NCBI RefSeq assembly: GCF_020745735.1
Contig: NC_083435.1
Location: forward strand, 32,673,231 to 32,737,230
Source of the DNA: Hemiscyllium ocellatum
Lineage: Eukaryota
Length of the DNA: 64,000 nucleotides
Direction of reading: 5' to 3'
The stretch's first letter is position 1. Each line of letters begins with the position of its first letter. The translations under genes and the position numbers were made by a program. The notes beneath the pieces are model-generated. The model saw only the letters and a program-made list of their open reading frames with translations. It was not told the DNA's origin and made no database searches. Below are positions 54,500 to 64,000 of this stretch, piece after piece.

Positions 54500-55106
54500 A
54501 ATGTATGTGTCCTTATATTTCTCAAGGTCAAGTAATCAATAGAAGCATATCCACACAAACACACATGCAGTTTCTCCCACTATGAATGATGCAGTGTTTT
54601 CCTGATATCAAAATGATTAAGTCTCTTTTCACGGTCAATTTACTGGAATACCCTGATTTTGGCATTTATGTCTCAATACTTTTCAAGTCATACGAATGTT
54701 TAAAATGCATCCCCATATGGCAAATATCTCTCTTCACAACTTCAACGCCCAATGATATTCAGGCCGTGATAGATCAAATGGCTCCGCTAGATCCTGTGTG
54801 ATGTTTCCTTTGAGTATCCCTTCAGGAAATCTCAACATTTTAGTTTCCTGTAAAAGTAGTTTACAAAACTATCACTACAGGAATTGGACAAAACTCTGAA
54901 CAGAAAATTTGACGTTATGCAAAGCATTGTTTCCTCTCCTTTTCTCAAAACTGTACATTCCCTTTTCACTTAAAAACTCCTCTTAACTAAGTGGAAATTC
55001 AAACCCACCATATCCTTGTAGGAATGTTTTTACTTTTTTTCCTCCCCTTAATGTGCTGGTTTGAGTTAGCATAAGTTTTGCAGTTCCCACATCCACACAT
55101 ACTCAC

Positions 55107-55150
55107 CTGCATGAACACCTGAGTGTTGGAAGGTTGTTCTGAGCTGATAC
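55107..55150 (-). other. Putative 44-nt upstream exon of the zinc-finger gene
   Basis: ttttcttttcacag|GTATC...ATGCAG|gtgagt; both splice sites are near consensus. Confidence 0.65.
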
Positions 55151-55689
55151 CTGTGAAAAGAAAATTTAAAACTGGAAGGCAGGAAAATGCAATCATTAAA
55201 AAAACAATTGAAGTTGATAAGGAAGCGATCAAGGATTTTCTTTTTACCAGCTCACTTGACTGATTGATTCAGTTTCTGCATCTCAAGCACAACTTCTCTC
55301 TGTGTCTTCAGCTTCCGGACTCTATTGCTGAAGGTTTACAGGATAACCCATCATCAGTCGCCAATATTATGTCACCAGATGAGATACGACCCCAGCAATT
55401 GAGTTGGGAAATGCAACGAGATTAGCACAATTCAATGGATATATAATGCTTCAAATCGATGATTTCATGATCTGATTGAATGGCGTAACAAAATCGCTGA
55501 ACTGAATGGCCTCCTTCAGCTTCTATGTCTAATGGCAAGTCAAACTCTCCAATAATATGACTCATTATTTTTAACATGTTTTTATGTCGCTCACGATACT
55601 GCTATAGAGCAGGACGGAAAACAAAAAAGTCACGATTTCAAATATTTCTAATTTCCTGTTAGACGGAGTGTATTAATGTTCACTCCACG

Positions 55690-56250
55690 CTACAAAGTGC
55701 AAATGGCGACGGGCACTACCCAGAAAGCCACACGCGACTAAATACGATCTACACCCACCAACAATGCAACAACGCGCAGGCGCTAGGGTGACCCCGCCTC
55801 TAAAGCGGCGTTGCCAGCGTGGAGCATGCGCGGAACGGAGCCAGGAAGCTGAGCGGACGTGAGCACAGCTTGGGCGAGACTGAGTTCGGCTCTGCGATCC
55901 CGGATCGGATCCTCTGGGTCCGTAGGAGTGCAACGGACAGACGACAAAATGGTCCACCGCAGGTGGGGAGCGCCGTGAAACAGCTGGCGTCACGCCACAG
56001 CTCGCTCCCTTCTCCCCGCTGGGGCTGGCCGTCTGCTCCGGCTTCCTCCGAGTCCCAATCGCGCGACAAAAGGACGCCCAGAGTGCTCCGCGTCTGGCCC
56101 TTTCGAACATGCGCAGTCAACGGGCAGAAGAATGACCGCCTTTTGGATACGGCGATTTCAGGCACGCGGAGCATGGTGGGAAGTGCTGCTGCTACTGCCT
56201 CAGCTTCTAGGTGGTAAGTATTCAGCTGCAGGCCTCAAGCCCGTAAGGCC
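55690..56250. promoter_or_regulatory. CpG island, probable bidirectional promoter
   Basis: The only extended GC/CpG-rich block in the window. YY1-like aaatggcg at 55701; ZNF143/Staf-like tacccagaaagccacacg at 55717-55734; NRF1-like gcgcaggcgc at 55774, gagcatgcgc at 55822 and catgcgca at 56108. Confidence 0.8.
56132..56213 (+). CDS. Putative first coding exon (signal-peptide-like) of an unidentified plus-strand gene
   Basis: ATG with A at -3; MTAFWIRRFQARGAWWEVLLLLPQLLG plus 1 nt; donor GTG|gtaagt, phase 1. No downstream exon identified in the window. Confidence 0.55.
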
Positions 56251-56800
56251 TAGAAATAGAAGTGGGCCGTGAGGGACAGGTGTAGATCAGTCAGCTTCTC
56301 GAGCCTAGTTCCGCCATTCAATAAGATCATGGGTGATCTGTGGTCTGGCTTCATGTTGCCCAGAACTTTCGATACCTTTGGTTCACAAAAAAAATCACAT
56401 ATCTCAGCTTTACAACTATTAAGTGACCCAGCATTCACTGCCATTTGTGAAAGGAAGTTCCAAACCTTCGCCATCTTTTGTACGTGAAATTAGATTAAAT
56501 TAGGTTTGATTATTTAGTGTGGAAACAGGCCCTTCGGCCAAACAAGTCCACACTGACGTGCCTGCTTCCTAACATCTCCTGAATGGTCTGGCCTTAACTT
56601 TTACACTGTGCCCTAGTTCTGCACTTCTTTTTCCTGTTAATGTCTTGAAGGCTTTGATTCAATCACCCATCATCCTTTGTAACTCTAGGGACAACAAGCC
56701 TAATTTGTATAAATTCTCATAACTTCTGCACTCCAGGTAGCATTCTTGTAAACCTACAATTTATGTCTTTCAAAGCCAATTTGCCCTTTCTAAGGTGTGA
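56251..56800 (-). mobile_element. CR1-family 3' fragment containing a short minus-strand SINE/LINE tail (about 56489-56556)
   Basis: ccgccattcaataagatcatgggtgatctg; gtggaaacaggcccttcggccaaacaagtccacactgac. Confidence 0.7.
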
Positions 56801-57117
56801 TTGCACAGTAGCTCAGTGTTTAGCACTCCTGCCTCACAGCACCAGGCTTTAGTTCCCGCCTCAGGCAACTGCCTATATGGAGTTTTCACATTCTCCCAGT
56901 GTCTGCTCCCTGGAGTCCTCTGGGTAGTCCAGTTTCCTCCCACAATCCAAAGATGTGCAAATGAGGTGAATTGGCCATGCCACAGTATTGGGTGCATTAG
57001 TCATGGGTAAGTATAGGGTGGGGAAATGTTTCTGGGTGGGTTACTCTTTGGAGGGCCGGTGTGAATTTGTTGGGCCAAAGAGCCTATTTCCATACTGTAG
57101 GGAATCTAATCTAATCT
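56801..57117 (+). mobile_element. HE1-type V-SINE
   Basis: gcacagtagctcagtgtttagcact...gcctcacagcaccagg head, ccagtttcctcccacaatccaaagatgtgc core, (atcta)n tail. Confidence 0.85.
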
Positions 57118-59343
57118 GCTCACAGTACTCTAACCAGGTTTTGTGCAGCTGCAACATAGCTTCCTCTTGATACAAAGGCCAGCGTTCTTGGCTGTTTTCT
57201 GCACCTGCTCGTGGCAGTTTAAAGAACTATGTATTTCAGCCCACTGAGTGTAATTTAGCATTCAGTGAAATCATGGCTGATCTAATAATTCTTAACTCAA
57301 ACTTCCCTGCCTTATCCCCATAACTCTATAGAGTCACACAGTACAGAACCAGAATCTTCAATCCAACTAGTCAATGCAGACCATAATCCTAAACTAAACT
57401 AGTTCCACCTCGTGCGCTCAGATCACATCCCTCCAAATATTTCTTATTCATGTACTCAATAAATGTTTTTTTAATAATGCAACTGTACATCATCCACCAG
57501 TCCCTCTGCAAGTTCATCCTGCTTACAGATCACACTGTGCAAAAAAAAATCCTGCTCATGTCTTTTTAAATCATTTTACTCCCATCTGAATAATGTGCCC
57601 CCAGCTTGAAATCCTCCACTCTGCATTCTGCACCTACCAGTCAACTTACCTGTAACCTTCATGGTTGTATAAACCTCTGTAAGGTCATCCCTCAATTCCA
57701 ATGCCTCAGTAGAAATTCCAGCCTCTGTTTATAACGCAGACCTTCCATTCCTGGCCACATCCTGGTATGTCTTTTCTGAACTCTCTCCAGCCTAATGTCC
57801 TTCCTGTATCAGGGCAACCAGAACTGGACACAATACAACAGAAGAGGCCTCAGCACATCCTGTACAGCCTGAAAATGTCATCCTACCTCCTCTACTCGAA
57901 GGGCTGTGGACTGAAGGCAAGCATGTTAAATGCAATCTTAAGCACCCCATCCATATGTGAAGCAAACATCAAAGAAGTATATACCTGAACCCCTAGTTCT
58001 CAGTGTTCGACAACCCCACCTGAGGCCCACGTTTGTTTAACAAAAATACAATACTTCACATTTATCCAAATTAAAATCCATCTACTACTGTTCAGCACTT
58101 TGATCCAATTGATCTAGATCTCTTTGTTAGCTTAGATTTATTGTCCACTATCCCAAAAATGTTGGTGTCATCTGCAAGCATACCATACATGCCTTCTGTA
58201 TTCTGATCTAAATCATTGATATCAGTGATAAACAAAAATGGATCCAGCACCAAACCCTGTGGACCAAAATTTTTCACAGGCCTCCAGTCTGAAAAGCAAA
58301 CCTTCACCATCATTCTGTCTCCTACCATTTGGCCAATTTTATAGCCAACTGCCAAGCTCATCCAGAATCCCATGTGATCTACCTTATTAATCAATCACGC
58401 GAACCCTTGTCACAGGCTTCACGGAAGTCCAAGCAAACAACGTCTACCACTCTGCCCTGATCAATCTTCTTGGTTACTTCCTCAAAATATTCAATCGAGT
58501 TTAAGAGACCGCACAAGAGACTTGCACAAAACCATACTCACTATCCCTAATCATTCTTTGCCTTTCCAAGTGCATAAAAATCCTACCTTTCAGAATCTCT
58601 GGCAACATCTTACCCACCATTGAAGTCAGACTCACAGGTCTAAATTAGTATAAACAAAGGCACAACATGAGGCGCTCTCCAGTTATCTCCCCAGTAGTTA
58701 CATATAGTACACATATTTCTGTAAGGGGCCACATAAAGACCGACCCCCCCCCCCCCCCCCAACTTCGCAAGGATAGCCTGGTTCAACTTCCGGAGATGTA
58801 TCCACATTAATGTTTTCTAACACCTCCACTTAGTCTTGTGTCATGTAAACTATTTTCAAAATATCACTATTCCCAGAGGTCTGTAGCCTCCATTTCTTTC
58901 TCCATAGTACAAACTGATGCAAAATAGTCATTTAATATCACTCCCGACTCCTAAGGTTCAACACAAAGGGAACTTTGTGGACCTTCAAGGGGTCTCTGTC
59001 TCTGTCTCTCTCTCTCTCATTGCTTTCTTGCTCTTCATGTATTTGTAGGATGCCTTTGGATTATCCTTAACTTTCTCAGGAGATTCATCCAGTTATTTAC
59101 ATATAAAATATGATTATTTTTATCCTTAATTAGATCAATATTTTTATTCATCCACTTATTAGACACCCCTTTACCTGTGAACAGTCTACTCAAATTAATG
59201 TTTGAAAATTTTTGTCCCACTCCATTAAAGTTTGCCTTACTCCAGTTAAAAATTATAAGTTAAATGGAAGACTTACCCTTTTCTGTAACTGTTTGAAAAT
59301 AAATGGAATTGCAATCACAAGACCCAAACTAGTCCCCTACTAT

Positions 59344-62138
59344 CAGAAGGAAGCCTATGTCAGGTATAGACAGCAGGGATTCAGTAAATTCCGAGAAGAA
59401 TATAAGGGCAGTAGAAGTATACTTAAGAGGGAAATCAGTGGGTCAGAAAAGGGGATACAAGATAGCTTTGGCAAATAGGGTTCAGGTGAATCCAACTTGG
59501 TTCTACAAACACATTAAGTACAAAAGAGTAACTAGGGAGAGAATAGAGCCACTTAAAGCTCAGCAAAGTTGCCTGTGTTTGGAAACGCAGGAGATGGGGC
59601 AGATAATAGATGAGTATTTTGCATCAATGTTTACTGTGGAAAAGAATATAGAAGCTGAAAAACTAGGGAAAATGAATAGCAACTCCTTGAAAAGAGGAGA
59701 TGGTGCTGGATGACTTAAAACACGTGTTTGTGACTAAATCCTGGTTCATGATCAGGTGTACTCGGGAACTTTGTGGGAAGCTACAGAAATGACTGCTCGC
59801 CCTCTTGCTGAGATATGTGTATCATTGTTAGACACATGAAGTGCTGGAAGACTGGAGGTTGGCTAACCTGGTGCCACTATTTAAGAAAGGTGGTAAGGAC
59901 AAACCAGGGAACTATAGACCAGTGAGTCTGACATCAGTGGTAGTAAGTTGTTAGAGGACATTCTGAGGGACAGGTATTGCTTGTATTTGGAAAGGCAACA
60001 ACTGATTAGGGATAGTCAACATGTCTTTTTGCATAGGAAATCAACTTAATTCAGTTTTTTGAAGAAGTAACAAAGACGACTGATGAAGGCAGTGCAGTGA
60101 TGTGATCTGTGTGGACTTCAGTCAGGCTTTTGACAAGGTTCTGCATGGTATGACTTCTGAACAAGTTTGGATCAAATGGAAAAAGTAAGGACTGGAGTTG
60201 CTGGAAAGTCAGAGTCGAAATGGGTGGTGCTGGAAAAGCACATCTGGTCAGGCAGCATGTGAAGAGCAGGAGAGTCAACATTTTGAGCACAAGCCATTCA
60301 TCTGGTATGTGGAATGTGGAGGAGGAAGGGGGAAAAGAGATAAATGGGAAAAGGGAGTAGGGCTGGAGGGGGAGATAGATGGGAAGGTGATAGGTATATG
60401 CAAGTGTGAGGTAATTGTGACCGCTCACTGGGGAGTGTGGACCGAATAGGTGGAAAGAATGAGAGACGAGTAAAGAGGGGAGTGCCAAGTTGGAGGGTTG
60501 GATCTGGGATGAGGTGGGGTTCGGGGTGATTTGGAAATCAGTAAAGTTCAGGTTGATGACGTGTGGTTGAAGGGTCCCAAGGTGGGAGACGCATGTACTT
60601 GGAGAAGGCGCTCCCTCTCCCATTTTCCCCCAAGGACCTGCAAGTTCTGGGCCACCTCCACCACCAAGTCCAAGCCACCCAACGCCTGGAGGAAGAACGC
60701 CTCATCTTCTACCTTGGGACCTTTCAACCACATGGCATCAACATCGACTTCACTAGTTTCCAAACCACCCCCAATTCCTTCCACCATCCTCCACCTCCCC
60801 ACCCCCCCACTTCATCCCAGATCCAACCCTCCAATTTGGCTCTGCCCTCATGACCTGTCCATCTTCCTGACTACATATTCATTCCAAGCTCCCTAGTGAC
60901 CAATCACCTATGCCCTCCTCGCTCCACATCCCTGATGAAGGGCTTATACATGAAATGTCAACTCTCCTACTGCTTGGTTGCTGTCTGACCTGCTGTCTTT
61001 TTCCAGCAACACCCTTTTCGACTCTAGACTAAATGGAATACAGGGAGAACTTGCCATTTGGATGCATAACTGACCCACAGGTAGTAGACAGAGTGTGGTG
61101 TTGGACAGTTGCTTTTCAGACTGGAGGCCTGTGACTAGCGGTGTGCCACAAACATCAGTGCTGGTTCCACTGCTTTTTGATATTTATATAAGTGGTTTGG
61201 ATGGAAACATGGGACGTATGGTTAGTAGGTTTTCAGATGAGACCAAAGGTGGTGGGTGTAGTGGACAGCAAAGAAGGTTACCTCAGAGTACAATAGGACC
61301 TTGATCAGATGGGCAATGGGCTGAGATATGACAAATGGAGTTTAATTTAGATAACTATGAGGTTCTGCATTTTGGAGAAATAAATGAAAGCAGGGCTGGT
61401 GTACTTCATGTTAACATCCAGGGGTATGTTGTTGAACAAAGTGACCTTGGCAAGTTCTTAGTTCCTTGAAATTGGAGTCACAGGTAGATTAGGTAGTGAA
61501 GTAGGTGTTCGGTATGCTTGCTTTTATTGGTCAGAGTATTGAATATAGGAGTTAGGAGGTCATGTTATGGCTGCACAAGACATCGGTTAGGCCACTTTTG
61601 GAATACAGCATTCAATTCTGTCTCCCTGTGGTAGGAAGTATGATATCCAACTTGAAAGAGTTCAGAAAGGATTTATAATGATGTTGCCACATTTGGAGGG
61701 GGTTCAGCTATAGTGAGCGAGTGAATAGGCTGGGGCTATTTTCGCTTGAGTGTCAGAAGTTGAGGGGTGATCATATAGAAGTTTATAAACTCATCAGAAA
61801 CAAGGCTAGAGTGAATAGTCAACTTCTGTGCTCCAGGGTGGGGTAGTCCAAAACTAGACAAAATATGTTTAAGGTGACAGGGCAAAGATTTAAAAGGGAC
61901 TTCGGGCAACCTTTTCACACAGAAGGTAGTGCATGTATGAAATGTGCTGCCAGAGGAAGTGGTGGAGGCTGGTGCAATTAAAACATTTAAGAGGATTGTG
62001 GATGGGTACGTGAATAGTAAGTGATTTGAGGGATATGGACCAAACACTGAGAAACAGGACTAGATTAACTTTGCATATCTGGTCGGCATGGATGGATTGA
62101 ACTGAAGCATCTGTTGCCTTGTTGTATAGCTCTATGAC
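59344..62138 (+). mobile_element. CR1 ORF2 and 3' end inserted in the minus-strand CR1
   Basis: KPGNYRPVSLTSVV, WRPVTSGVPQTSVL, 3' tail ctctatgac near 62135. Confidence 0.88.
60182..61030. mobile_element. Penelope-like element, fold-back (inverted) 3' ends with GIY-YIG C-terminus
   Basis: RLEEERLIFYLGTFQPHGINIDF on + and LGTLQPHVINLNF on -; mirrored terminal repeats; flanked by direct repeat aaatggaa (60174-60181 and 61031-61038). Confidence 0.85.
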
Positions 62139-64000
62139 CATTACCTCAGTCACTTGGCATGTCTTGTTATCCAAACAAAGGTCAAGTTTTGTTCCTTCTC
62201 TAATATGAACAACATTGACGATGAAACTTTTCTTAATACATTTAACAACTTCTTTACCATCCAAACTTTTAATACTTTGGTAGTTCCAGGCAATGTTTGG
62301 GAAACTAAAATCATCTACTGTCACAAACTTATTATTCTTATGTATATCTGAGATCTCTCTACATAGTCGTTCCTCAATTTCCCCCTGACAAATTGGAGTG
62401 TATAATGCAAAGGTGATCATTCCTTTTTTTTTTCTGATTTCAATCCATGTTTTCACTGGACCAATTTTCAGCAACACATTCTCCAGTTGTGGGAGTAAAG
62501 TTTTCCTTAATCAAAACTGCCACTCCCCCTGCTCTTTTGCCTCTCTTTCTATCCTTCCTATAGCATCTGAACACGGGGACATTGAACTGCCAGTCCTGTC
62601 CATCCCTCAGCTAAGTTTGTGTAGTAGCTATGATGGGCCAATTCTATGTTCACAAACATCCCCTGAGTTCATCAACATTATGTGTTTGACCCTTTGCATC
62701 GAAATGGATGCAGCTTAATTTTTAAGAGTCGCAATTGTCTGTCTTTTCTCATTAACTTGTTCCTTTCGGATTCAAAAACATCCTCATCTATCTTTCTATT
62801 TTCTCAGATATGTATTGTTCCTCTGTTCCCCCTTCTCCCATAGCTGACAGTCTCCCAAAATAGACTCAACAAATCGTCCTGTTAGGATGTTGATCCCTTT
62901 CTGGTACAGATGAAACCCATTCTTTTTGAACAGGTCGTTTCTGTCCCAGTAGAGATCCCAATGATTCAAGAATGTGAATCCCTGAACATTACACCGTCTC
63001 ATCAGGCATTGATTTATATCTTTGTTATTGTCTTATTCTTTCCGTCGTTCAAGGTTGACACTGGGAGTAAAGCAAAGACTACAACTTTTGAGATTCTTCT
63101 TTTTAATTTTTCACCTAACTTCACATATTCACAGTAAAGCCTTGATCCTTTTCCTGACTATGTTATTCCTTCTAATGTGTACAATGACTTCCATTTTCTC
63201 ACTCTCACCTTTAACAATACGCTTCAAACATTTTGCGACTTCCTTAATCCTGGCACCAGGAAAGCAACATATTATCCAAGATGCATGCTCACTGCCACAG
63301 AATCTCCAGGCTCTCCTGTTGACAGGAGAGTCCCCAGTATCAATTCATTTTTTAAATTTTAGCTTAAATGTCATTCTTCATGCCCAAGATATGACTGTCT
63401 TTTCCTTTTTTTCTCTCTGAGAGACAATGCTTTCCAACAGTACTCAAAACTGAATATCTATTTAAGAGAGGAATAGTCATAGGAGATTCTGAATTACCTT
63501 CTTACCTTTCCTGACAGTTATCCATCAATTTTACTGATTCGCTGTTTAATCATTTCTCTAAATCTACTAACCATCTAACTCTGTCTCTTGTATGTCCTTA
63601 ATGTCGTTAAGCCTAAAAATAAAGCAACTTACAATATCACCTTATATATATAAAATAAACTACCATTCCTTACCCAAAGAGTGAATATTAAGTATGCCAA
63701 AATTAACAGTTCCTTAAACAAGTATAAATCTTAAATAAAATCAACCACATAACTGCGCAATTGAATTTGAAAAAAAAGTCTTCCTCAACTAGTTCAGCAG
63801 GCAGTTTTTTTCAATCTTATGATTAAAAATTACTCACTCAGCCAATCTCAAGTACGCCTCTCCAAAAGCTCTATAAATACAACTAAATTCTTTAAAAAGT
63901 CTTCCTTCTACACACGTAATTTTCAAAGCAAAAAGAAACAAGGTGTCCACATGTAAGCATCTCCAAAAGATTTGTTAACAGAACTCAGTTGCAAAAATTT

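Larger units (their letters stand above)
57326..63500 (-). mobile_element. Old, long CR1 LINE split by later insertions (57326-59343 plus 62139-63500)
   Basis: RT PQGLVLDPFLF..ADDT (58092-58394); APE VDDFSFPNIAW, REGTKLDL (above 62139); ORF1 esterase WDRNDLFKKNGFHL (62796-63002). Right boundary approximate. Confidence 0.8.

Noticed and set aside
55673-56217. Three overlapping 124-145 aa ORFs
   Set aside because: Expected from stop-codon scarcity in a CpG island; no recognisable domain.
60051-60896. 190-aa and overlapping ORFs
   Set aside because: Read-throughs of the inverted Penelope-like arms, not host genes.
61890-62477. 195-aa ORF
   Set aside because: Chance fusion of decayed CR1 APE sequence with the antisense 3' end of another CR1.
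1-64000. CRISPR arrays, prokaryotic systems, rRNA or histone genes
   Set aside because: None seen; the sequence is repeat-rich vertebrate DNA.

Overview
AT-rich vertebrate genomic DNA, probably from a shark or other elasmobranch. The taxon is inferred from HE1-type V-SINEs, shark-type CR1 and Penelope repeats, an MEKPWKC-type zinc-finger gene and a GPR139-like receptor. The first 50.7 kb is the right-hand end of a recent tandem segmental-duplication array, about 98-99% identical by eye. It comprises the tail of an upstream unit (1-3768), unit A (3769-28900, 25,132 bp) and unit B (28901-50660, 21,760 bp, with a 3.4-kb internal deletion). Each full unit carries one intact two-exon orphan class A GPCR (GPR139/GPR142-like, 325 aa after splicing, minus strand). 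Its real 67-nt first exon is missing from the ORF track. The unit junction joins a Gmr1-like Gypsy RT to a CR1 RT, and only the last copy continues into uninterrupted Gypsy sequence and a 3' LTR remnant. Beyond the array are an intact 8-finger C2H2 gene (minus strand) and a CpG island with ZNF143/NRF1/YY1-type motifs. The island also appears to drive a divergent plus-strand gene that starts with a signal-peptide-like exon. The window ends in a three-layer retroelement nest (CR1 > CR1 > fold-back Penelope-like element with decayed hammerhead cores). All repeat-family calls and counts were made by eye; no searches were run.
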